Virus record (IMG/VR): IMGVR_UViG_2541047916_000002
DNA: 24,000 nucleotides
Strand: one strand, 5' to 3'
From: a virus
Lineage: Duplodnaviria; Heunggongvirae; Uroviricota; Caudoviricetes
The position numbers were made by a program, and so were the translations under genes. This document shows positions 16,397 to 24,000 of the stretch, piece by piece. Under the pieces are notes generated by a model that did not search any database, was not told the DNA's origin, and was given only the letters and a program-made list of their open reading frames with translations. Positions within the stretch are counted from its first letter, which is position 1; the number at the start of each line of letters is the position of its first letter.

Positions 16397-18501
16397 TGGC
16401 TAAAGCATGGAAAGATGTTATCGCTTCTCCACAGTATCAGGCGTTAGCACCAGAACAAAAAGCGCAGGCTCAAGAGCAATACTTCAATGAAGTCGTGGCC
16501 CCGCAAGCCGGAGAAAGTGTAGAGCAGGCTAAGCAGGCTTTTTATGCTGCCTATCCACTACCATCAACGAATGAAATAGACCGATCCCAATCAGCAACTC
16601 AAAATATTCAACATACATCATCTGATAATTCTCTTGCGTCAGGGTATGCAAAGTTAGCTACTCAGCAAAGAGAGGGGCTTGAGCGTTCAGCAGAACAGGG
16701 AGCCAGTCTTGGGGCTGCGATGCGCGATGCTATAACAGGCGAAAGCCGAATGACTCCAGAGATGGAGAGACTGCAAAATGTCGCCTCTGCCCCAGAATTG
16801 AACTCACTAAGCATGGATGCCCTAAAGGCTGGATGGTCTCAACTTTTCGGCTCTGACGCGTCTCAGGAAAAGATTCTTCAGGGAATGGGGGCGACATTAA
16901 GGCAGGATGAGAAGGGGAATACTATCGTTTCTCTGCCATCAGGTGATTATGCCCTGAACAAGCCGGGTTTATCACCGCAAGACCTGACTTCGTTTCTTGC
17001 TAATGCGTTGGCGTTTACACCAGCGGGCAGGGCTGGAACGGTGCTTGGTGCCATAGGAAAATCAGCAGCTACAGATTTAGCACTACAGGGAGCCACCAGC
17101 CTTGCTGGTGGAGAAGATATTGATCCGTTACAAACGGTAATTTCTGCTGGCATTGGTGGTATTGGTAAGGGGCTGGAAAATACAGCGAGTGCGGTTTCGA
17201 GGGCTGTTCGTGGTGATATGTCGCCTGAAGCAAAGGCTGCTGTCGACTTTGCATCGGAAAGAAATCTGCCGTTAATGACCAGTGACATGCTGAAAGATAA
17301 AACCTTTATGCAGAGTCAGGCTCAGACATTAGGCGAAAGAGTTCCTTTTTTTGGAACCGGTAAGAATCGGCTGAATCAACAACAAGCACGAGAAAATTTA
17401 GTCAGAACATTTAGCGATGGTCTGGGTGGCATTTCTGATAAACAGCTTTATGAATCTGCGACTAAAGGGCAACAAAAATTCATTGAGGCAGCAGGAAAGC
17501 GATATAACCGCATAATTGACGCTATGGGGGATACCCCTGTCGATCTCTCAAACACGGTAAAAGCTATCGACAATCAGATTGCCGTGTTAAGCCGCCCGGG
17601 CAAATCTCAGGATAGAGCCGCGGTAAAAGTCTTGCAGCAATTTAAAGACGATATCACCAGCGGACCAAATGACCTGCGTCTGGCGAGGGAAAACAGAACC
17701 GATCTTCGAAAGCGATTTATGGCGTCATCTGACACTGTTGATAAAGATACGCTCCAGAAAGCCAGCGATATTATCTACAAGGCATATACGGCGGATATGA
17801 AAAAAGCCGTAGCCAAAAATCTTGGAGCAGACGAAGCCATTAATATGGCAAGGGTTGATCGCTCATGGTCTAAATTCAATGACATGATGGGAAGAACGCG
17901 CGTTCAAAAGGCAATAGCCAGCGGCAAGGCCACGCCTGAGGATGTAACAAAACTCGTTTTTAGCCAAAGCCCATCAGAACGTTCTCAGCTTTACAGGCTT
18001 CTGGATGACAATGGTAGGCAAAACGCACGAGCGGCCATAGTTCAGAATGCTGTAGATAAGGCGACTGATCCGTCTGGAAATATCAGTGTTGAGAAGTTTA
18101 TTAATGCGTTACACCGGAACAGGAAGCAATCAGCAACTTTCTTTAAAGGCGTACATGGAAAGGAACTGGACGGCGTTATTAAATACCTCAACGATACAAG
18201 ACACGCGGCAAAAGCGAACGTTCAAAACTTAAATGGTCAGCAGCTTTATGGATTGTTAGTTGGTGGTGGCATCATAAACGCAGCAGTATTAGCGGGGATG
18301 CTAAAAACGGCTGCGTTTGTTGTTCCTGCTGCTGGTGCCGTAGGCGGAGCAGCGAAGGCATACGAAAGCCCTGTTATACGAAATGCCTTGTTACGTCTGG
18401 CAAATACGCCAAAAGGTAGCACAGCATATGACAGAGCGATCAGTACGGTCACACAATCGCTCACCAGAGTCGCACAGGCATCACAAAAAGAAGCTCAATA
18501 A
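16396..18501 (+). CDS. ejection-protein-like, P22 gp16-type (701 aa)
   Basis: TAATG coupling; hydrophobic Gly/Ala-rich C-terminal segment; position and size. Confidence 0.45.
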   Translation: MAKAWKDVIASPQYQALAPEQKAQAQEQYFNEVVAPQAGESVEQAKQAFYAAYPLPSTNEIDRSQSATQNIQHTSSDNSLASGYAKLATQQREGLERSAEQGASLGAAMRDAITGESRMTPEMERLQNVASAPELNSLSMDALKAGWSQLFGSDASQEKILQGMGATLRQDEKGNTIVSLPSGDYALNKPGLSPQDLTSFLANALAFTPAGRAGTVLGAIGKSAATDLALQGATSLAGGEDIDPLQTVISAGIGGIGKGLENTASAVSRAVRGDMSPEAKAAVDFASERNLPLMTSDMLKDKTFMQSQAQTLGERVPFFGTGKNRLNQQQARENLVRTFSDGLGGISDKQLYESATKGQQKFIEAAGKRYNRIIDAMGDTPVDLSNTVKAIDNQIAVLSRPGKSQDRAAVKVLQQFKDDITSGPNDLRLARENRTDLRKRFMASSDTVDKDTLQKASDIIYKAYTADMKKAVAKNLGADEAINMARVDRSWSKFNDMMGRTRVQKAIASGKATPEDVTKLVFSQSPSERSQLYRLLDDNGRQNARAAIVQNAVDKATDPSGNISVEKFINALHRNRKQSATFFKGVHGKELDGVIKYLNDTRHAAKANVQNLNGQQLYGLLVGGGIINAAVLAGMLKTAAFVVPAAGAVGGAAKAYESPVIRNALLRLANTPKGSTAYDRAISTVTQSLTRVAQASQKEAQ

Positions 18502-18519
18502 CTGGTTAGCCACGGATGG

Positions 18520-18939
18520 CTAATTTTTGTTCTTTGCTCTCATCCACAGGTAAAGAAGGGCAAGAACAAGACAAAAAACAGAGAATAGATAACCTACCTC
18601 ATATGATGCGCCAAAAAAATTAGCTATTGATACGGGCAAAAAAGCTGAAGCGATCAAAATTGAAAGGCAAAAAATAAGACCAGTAATATAGTTTATTAAA
18701 TTCTTAAATGAGAAACGTTTTGCTTGATTTATGGTCTTAGCGAACGATCGCTTAACGACGGATAAAAGCAAATAGATGGCGACAGTTGCTAATGCCCCTT
18801 TCCACCAGTCTGGATATAGTTTTGCGACAATCAGACCAAGGAAAACCATGATGACAGCCTGAGCATTCACACCAACCCTCCCTTTAGCGTTGTTTAGATT
18901 GGCAATCATCATATATCCAAGACATGGCATTTGGTACAT
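18520..18939 (-). CDS. small inner-membrane protein (about 139 aa, 4 predicted TM helices), in the position of a superinfection-exclusion gene (sieA-like by synteny only)
   Basis: Four hydrophobic helices in the translation; convergent with and 18 bp from the gp16-like gene; start uncertain (track ORF extends to 19107 with a TTG start). Confidence 0.45.
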   Translation of the reverse strand: MYQMPCLGYMMIANLNNAKGRVGVNAQAVIMVFLGLIVAKLYPDWWKGALATVAIYLLLSVVKRSFAKTINQAKRFSFKNLINYITGLIFCLSILIASAFLPVSIANFFGASYEVGYLFSVFCLVLALLYLWMRAKNKN

Positions 18940-19701
18940 AGCTTGGGTCGGGATTTCAAATCCGCCCCCGTTGATGGGGTCGTTACAGTACGCGCATATC
19001 CGCTTTATGTGAAACAGGAAGATTTTTCTGATATCACTGCCACAGCAAAACACCAATTTCGAGACAAGTACGCGCGCGAGGGGTATCAGTTGCAAAAAAT
19101 TTTGCAACTACGTCCGACCAATACACACACGATGGCGGGGGATACCATAAAACTGTTCTCTACATGAGACAGAGTGGTGGTGATGTGTTGATTATCGGCC
19201 TATATGCGCACAGGACGCGCTATGACAATGTTTTATGCGGGTACACCAATCACATGTATCTGGTGTGATAAATCGCGTTACATGACCTTTCATGTTGTGC
19301 TGGTGGTTATCACGACGTTCTGAATCTGGCTTTTGTCTGATATTTTGCGACAAGTACGCGCGCGTAACATCGAAATTATCGGATGGCGTATGTTGCTGGC
19401 AAGATAAAGTCGGCGTAATACAAAGGCGTTACTTGATAGCAGCAAGATTACAACAATGGTTGTTGAATTTGAGCGATGTAAGGAATTGATTTAGGGAGGC
19501 GCTGATGGCTAAAAAGTTCCACTACCAGCGGATGAATGCGCCAGCGATGGCCGTTTGGTAGTAAAAGAGGAGCCATTCCTCAATCAGTTGAATACATTAT
19601 GCCAACTAAATGGGTGGGGGCACTGTGTGGGTATTCAGCGGTGACGGTATTTTTTAAGCCAAGGACTATCCGTAGCAGGGGGACTCATTTTGAAATATTT
19701 A

Positions 19702-20139
19702 TCATATGTAACTTATTATTTTAGATAAAGATTTCCAGTTAAAGAAAAAAGTTATCATTGATATAATCAAATATGCCCCTGCGAGTAGCAGGGCATAATA
19801 ATCCAGAGGCAGATTGCTGACAACAGGGGCAAACATCGAGATCATTGCTAATAGGCAGGCTGTGATCAGCGTAGTTCCTGTATCAAAAAGCCCCTCAATA
19901 ATGCCTTTTAGTACTCCGTTACTTTTTAGAGCGCCTACAATTCCCTTTGAACTATCAAAGCTACTTAGCATGGTGACTGATGCCAAAACAAAACCAAAGA
20001 GAACTCCAGAAATAGTTGAAAGAGCACCAGCAGCCGAAATGACAGCATTGTGATCTAGGTCGTGTAATAAATGGGCACCAGCAATAGCCATAGCTAGAGC
20101 AAACAATGACTTGGCAGCAAACAATTTCCGAGAACTCAT
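19702..20139 (-). CDS. 4-TM membrane protein (145 aa), second gene of a two-gene AT-rich operon
   Basis: Four hydrophobic segments; 12-nt gap from the upstream 361-aa gene; long ORF in AT-rich DNA. Confidence 0.6.
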   Translation of the reverse strand: MSSRKLFAAKSLFALAMAIAGAHLLHDLDHNAVISAAGALSTISGVLFGFVLASVTMLSSFDSSKGIVGALKSNGVLKGIIEGLFDTGTTLITACLLAMISMFAPVVSNLPLDYYALLLAGAYLIISMITFFFNWKSLSKIISYI

Positions 20140-20151
20140 AATGTATTCCTG

Positions 20152-21237
20152 TTACGTTTGACTAACCAAATAGTACTGGGTTAGATACCTAAGGTTGTCA
20201 TTCTTTGCTTGTAGCATAGCATTTTTAACGTCAGTATCGGTCGGATACCCATCTGCTTGGATAGGCACCATCTTCTTTACCGTAAGAACTTCGTCTACAA
20301 GACTTTTCTTCTTTTTATCGCCCTGAGCAACAACATTTGCTTTCTCAAAAGTTAAACGACCATCACCACCAGGGAACTTTTCTAGCATCTCCTTAAGGCT
20401 TTTTTTAACGTCATCCTCAAGCCATCCCTTTGCTTTTCTTTTTAATGGAGAATGTCCGCGTAACGAAATAGTCAGGTGGCTTGAACTGGTGCCTCTGATC
20501 ATCTCAATCATCTGATTCGCGAACATTCCATCGAGTTGATACTGTGCGGCATTGAAGTTTCTTGGGATGGCCACAGAAATCTCGCAGCTTCTTAGATTGG
20601 ATCCAGTTTCGAGTAGTTCTTTGATGCTTTCTTCTTTCCAAATGGCTTCAAAAGAAACAGGGACTCCGCGATCACTGGAGTTGAAAAGAAGGAAGGCTAA
20701 GTCACTATGGCGTGGACCTAAATGATTTAAAGACAATACTAGAATGTCTGTCTGAGGATAATAAATAAAGTATGTACGTTCTGAAAGAGTCTTTGCCCCG
20801 GCTAGAGGGATTTTCTCTTCCACCCACTCTTTATCTGTAATATATGCCAGTGTTGCGCTTTTTCTTCTTCGAGACATGAATCCGAAGTAGGAGCCATCCT
20901 CGGGTGAGATGTCTAGAAAATGAATTTTAAGTTCTCTTTCACCAAAGTCTGCATAGTGGGTCATCTTGAAGTCTTTAGAACACCGATCATACAGATTTTT
21001 AAAGGCCTCTGCGGTTAACCCCTTGTTACTAGTGCGAATATTCTCAGAGCTTGTGTAAAAGCCCACCCTTACAGATTTCAAACTTTGATCTTTTGGTGCC
21101 ACAGTCATTTGAGCTCCATTGTACTCTGCGATAGTTTTTGCACACCTTGAAATCAAAATCTCCATGTCAGTCACGAGAAAATAACTATGGATGAAACCCA
21201 TCAAAGGCATTGAATACAGGTGGCTTTTGAGAATCAT
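20152..21237 (-). CDS. hypothetical soluble protein (361 aa), no recognisable domain; first gene of the candidate defense operon
   Basis: Uninterrupted 361-codon ORF in AT-rich sequence where chance ORFs of this length are very unlikely; operon partner is a 4-TM protein. Confidence 0.6.
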   Translation of the reverse strand: MILKSHLYSMPLMGFIHSYFLVTDMEILISRCAKTIAEYNGAQMTVAPKDQSLKSVRVGFYTSSENIRTSNKGLTAEAFKNLYDRCSKDFKMTHYADFGERELKIHFLDISPEDGSYFGFMSRRRKSATLAYITDKEWVEEKIPLAGAKTLSERTYFIYYPQTDILVLSLNHLGPRHSDLAFLLFNSSDRGVPVSFEAIWKEESIKELLETGSNLRSCEISVAIPRNFNAAQYQLDGMFANQMIEMIRGTSSSHLTISLRGHSPLKRKAKGWLEDDVKKSLKEMLEKFPGGDGRLTFEKANVVAQGDKKKKSLVDEVLTVKKMVPIQADGYPTDTDVKNAMLQAKNDNLRYLTQYYLVSQT

Positions 21238-21588
21238 CCTAACCTGGTGACGGTGGTTCGCATATCCTGATGGATGATCAGTGATTAATCAATGCGCCAA
21301 GCAGATGTGTCTATGTGTTTGTTAATCATTGCATGACAGTAGATCGACATGGGAGATCACGTTATATAGTTGAATTGTTAGGATATCCATGCACCGATCA
21401 ACTGACTAGGCTGATGTGCTTTTTAGCAGGTGCCATATAGTAGTTAGGCGGTTCTGTGAAATGATTACTGTTCCAGCATAACTGCGGCATAAAGCGGTGC
21501 TATATAAGCTATTTGCTGGCGGATTTAGTCTTCACCGTTCATATATGTAGTGACTATTTGACAGAGTGTTAGTTCACGGACACTTTTT

Positions 21589-21688
21589 GTTGGTTCAAAA
21601 TGAGTTGATGTTGGTTCAATATTTTAGAAAAAACACAATAAAAACAACGCTCTTTACAAATTGAACCAACTGAACCAACTGAACCAAC
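21589..21688. repeat. second iteron cluster (2x GTTGGTTCA, AT-rich spacer, 3x TGAACCAAC), inverted relative to 13130-13240
   Basis: Reverse complement of 21646-21691 is identical to 13124-13169 (46 bp: AAAAGGTGTTGGTTCAGTTGGTTCAGTTGGTTCAATTTGTAAAGAG), then about 80 percent similar. Confidence 0.5.
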
Positions 21689-21724
21689 ACCTTTTTGCTT
21701 ATCTATATAATCTGAGAGGCAGAA

Positions 21725-22012
21725 ATGATAAGGGACAGGAAAGCTGAAGAGCTGGAGTCAAAAGGGCTATACCGGAGAGCTGCCGCACGATGGGCAGAAG
21801 TCATGATGCTGGCAAATGGCGATAAAGAACGTGAACATGCAGCAAACAGGCGCTCTGAATGTATCCGTAAGGCGGCACGCCCACCAGCAACTACAGACAG
21901 ATTCGGAGATTTAAGACAGGCAGTTAAGCGAACTCATTCGGCTCTTGGTATGGATGAGGAAGCGAGAGGGTACTTCAGGCGTTATCGCGATAAAGATTGC
22001 CAGAGACAGTAA
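21725..22012 (+). CDS. PerC-family transcriptional activator-like protein (95 aa)
   Basis: Motif AEELESKGLYRRAAARWAEVM...REHAANRRSECI resembles the PerC family pattern; GAGAGG SD. Confidence 0.55.
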   Translation: MIRDRKAEELESKGLYRRAAARWAEVMMLANGDKEREHAANRRSECIRKAARPPATTDRFGDLRQAVKRTHSALGMDEEARGYFRRYRDKDCQRQ

Positions 22013-22059
22013 TGCTCTCTCTGTTTTGGCAAATTACCCTTCACTTTGAAGGGAGCGGA

Positions 22060-22370
22060 GCTATAAAAATGGTTTTAGGTACATTCCTCAAATTGAGGTT
22101 TCCGAAAATATCAGCGGGTTAGCGATTAATCTGGCGAGTAATTAAACTGCGAAAATTTCGTAGGGGGTTACGAAAATTTCGTAGGTCTACTCATGGTTTA
22201 GGCTTACTTTCCCGACATCCCCCAATGGGGGGTTCGAAATAATCAATGGGTTAGGCTTACCTCCCCCCATTTCCTGCATTGCAGGTTTTCGAAAGAATCA
22301 ATGGGTTAGGTCATCGTGCAAATTTGCACTCTGCCAGCCAACGCAATTTCTCGTTGGCGGAAATATCAGG
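22060..22370. repeat. ORF-free array of direct repeats near the island right end: ATGG(G)TT(T)AGG x4, TTCGAAA-nAATCAATGGGTTAGG x2, ACGAAAATTTCGTAGG x2, GAAATATCAG x2
   Basis: Repeats read directly; location fits the P arm of attR, where recombination directionality factor and host-factor sites would lie. Confidence 0.35.
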
Positions 22371-22541
22371 TATTTACTGAACGAACGGTCTACCCGCCTG
22401 TTCAACTACCAGTTGTACATGGCTGCTTTATGTGCAAATGGTGGTGAGAGAAAATTATTTGGGGGTACTTTTGGGGGTATCTCCAAAGATGTAATGGGGA
22501 AATGTCTTTATATATCAATGTATTTTTATTGTTTGTTTTGT

Positions 22542-22551
22542 TCCTATTATC
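22542..22551. other. right-end copy of the att core segment (TCCTATTATC, identical to tRNA positions 1428-1437)
   Basis: 10-bp direct repeat of the tRNA 3' region, followed by sequence homologous to the int-upstream region at 1446-1609. Confidence 0.4.
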
Positions 22552-22701
22552 AACGTCTCCCCAAGTCTACTCAAGTATTTAAAAACCTCTTATAATCAGT
22601 ATATTAATGCCCCTTTTAGTCTTTTGACGTCTATTTAAGTACCCCAAACTCTACAAGCAATTGAGGGGATTTGCTGTTCAGTTTAGTGGAGATACCCCCA
22701 A

Positions 22702-23040
22702 GTGAAACTCAATGCCCGTCAAATAGACACTGCCAAGCCAAAAGAGAAGGCTTACAAGTTGGCTGATGGTGGTGGTCTGTACCTCCTGGTAAAACCTGGT
22801 GGAGGAGAATATTGGCGTCTCAAGTATCGTGTAGCTGGTAAAGAGAAGCTGTTAGCACTAGGTGTGTATCCTGAGGTCACCTTAGCTGATGCTCCTGCAA
22901 AACTTGAAGAAGCTAAAAGAGGTATCTCTGGGGGAATCGATCTGATGGAAGTGAAGCGAGAGGAAAAGATTGCCCGGGAAACGCAGTTAAACAACACCTT
23001 CAAAGATATTGCCCTTGAGTGGCACAGTAACAAATTATAA
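22702..23040 (+). pseudogene. truncated second copy of the P4-type integrase (112 codons, about 90 percent identical to the N-terminus of the 1610 gene), remnant of a tandem island
   Basis: Near-identical N-terminal 112 aa and upstream region; homology ends abruptly at 23037 and the sequence becomes AT-rich. Confidence 0.7.
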
Positions 23041-23278
23041 TCACAATAATAGTGTATATAATTATACATTGTATGCTTGGTAATCATATAATGATAAAAG
23101 CTTCCGATAATCAGTATGAGATTTGTCCTTAAACTCCTGGACATGCTTTTCTAAATCTTCCAATGGTATATGTCCATTTATACAAATAAAATTCTAGTGA
23201 TAAATACCTTCAGGTATGATTAGACAACATCTTTATTCGATGGGGGTTAATCTATATTTGATATCTTTCTTTTAAATA

Positions 23279-23320
23279 ACAACGCCATTAAAAACGCTTT
23301 GTTTAATGACGTTTTTTTTA
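23279..23320 (+). terminator. possible intrinsic terminator (AACGCCATTAAA-loop-TTTAATGACGTT followed by T8)
   Basis: 12-bp stem with one mismatch followed by a T-run. Confidence 0.3.
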
Positions 23321-23475
23321 TTGTTTCCTATATAAAGCCTAACCAGCATAAACATTGGTGGCTCTTATGCTCATTGTAATTAAATGAGAGTGTGATTAAT
23401 GTCTTTATATATTCTGGTAGTTATTCTCTCCAGAAGAATACATTGTAAGAAGATGACTGTTAGTATGTTTTAACA

Positions 23476-24000
23476 TCAATTAACATTAAGGTTTGATAAT
23501 AATTTTTTGTTGGCGAGTTCAAATGTTTTCATTTCATCATCTGATAGCCCGCTCCAGATTTTCTTTAGCATTACATTTTGAGTGTTTATTAGTTTTTGAG
23601 CAAGTGTAACTCCGTCAGGGGTTAAGCAAATACTTTTGCTTCGACGATCGTTTTTATTATTAATTCTTTTGGCAATATTCTTTTTTTCTAATTTGTCTAT
23701 GATGTGTGTGATGTTTGTTTTGGAGAATTGTAACTCCTTGTAAATATCAGAAGGGGACTGACAATAATCATCAGACATATATAATGAAACTAACACCATA
23801 AATGTTGAGGTGTTTATTCTATACTCGCTCAATTCATTTTCTATAATACTCTGGATTTTGTCATTTACTCTAATATATAAGTGTATTAACAGACTCTCCT
23901 GAGCCGGGTATGCCGGATTTTTGATTTTTTTGTAGTTTGTTATAGTTTTTAATAAATCTATATTATTCATAATTCCACCACACGGCAAAAGAAAACTCAT
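23476..24000 (-). CDS. MarR-family winged-helix transcriptional regulator (PapX/SlyA-like), start at or near the window edge
   Basis: Winged-HTH region (SPSDIYKELQFSKTNITHIIDKLEKKNIAKRINNKNDRRSKSICLTPDG); AT-rich gene; the ORF reaches the window end, true start may be the internal Met near 23970. Confidence 0.55.
   Translation of the reverse strand: MSFLLPCGGIMNNIDLLKTITNYKKIKNPAYPAQESLLIHLYIRVNDKIQSIIENELSEYRINTSTFMVLVSLYMSDDYCQSPSDIYKELQFSKTNITHIIDKLEKKNIAKRINNKNDRRSKSICLTPDGVTLAQKLINTQNVMLKKIWSGLSDDEMKTFELANKKLLSNLNVN

Larger units (their letters stand above)
1428..22551 (+). mobile_element. P4-type integrative island (int-alpA-primase type) inserted at the 3' end of thrW, bounded by 10-bp direct repeats TCCTATTATC (1428-1437 and 22542-22551)
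   Basis: The tRNA 3' segment is repeated at 22542-22551; integrase lies next to the tRNA; AlpA and primase are present; GGGGGTA arm-type repeats sit on the inner side of both ends. Confidence 0.6.

Noticed and set aside
18931-19167. 78-aa plus-strand ORF overlapping the start region of the membrane-protein gene
   Set aside because: No SD, overlaps palindromic and repeat elements, and is antisense to the membrane-protein ORF; regulatory DNA is more likely, though a small gene cannot be excluded.
19814-20053. 79-aa plus-strand ORF inside the 145-aa membrane-protein gene
   Set aside because: Antisense to a hydrophobic four-helix ORF that forms an operon with the upstream gene.
1-24000. Canonical P4 satellite (cos site GGCGAGGCGGGGAAAGCAC, sid/delta/psu capsid-size genes)
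   Set aside because: No cos-like sequence or sid/psu/delta-like genes seen by eye; the element is a P4-type integrative island (int/alpA/primase) rather than a complete P4.

Overview
Accessory-genome window at the proA-thrW junction of an enterobacterial chromosome (Escherichia-like). A complete proA (1-1254) and tRNA-Thr thrW (1369-1444) are followed by a roughly 21 kb P4-type integrative island: GTG-start tyrosine integrase, AlpA/Vis-like regulator, AntA-domain protein, a chain of small overlapping genes, and a zinc-ribbon/Toprim/P-loop primase-helicase that is split by an intact IS21-family element (istA/istB). Two iteron clusters built from the 9-mer GTTGGTTCA/TGAACCAAC, in inverted orientation (13130-13240 and 21589-21688), bracket about 8.4 kb of cargo. 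The cargo holds (a) a translationally coupled plus-strand module whose gene sizes and order resemble the P22-type ejection-protein genes 7/20/16, and (b) an AT-rich minus-strand block: a 4-TM membrane protein in the sieA position, then a two-gene operon of a 361-aa soluble protein and a 145-aa 4-TM protein. That operon is my best candidate for an undescribed anti-phage (Rex-like abortive infection/exclusion) system. The island ends near 22551 at a second copy of the tRNA 3' segment TCCTATTATC, followed by the remnant of a second tandem island (integrase truncated at codon 112) and an AT-rich block with a MarR-family regulator. All calls come from reading the sequence and the ORF track; no database search was possible, so family assignments rest on motifs, synteny and gene size.
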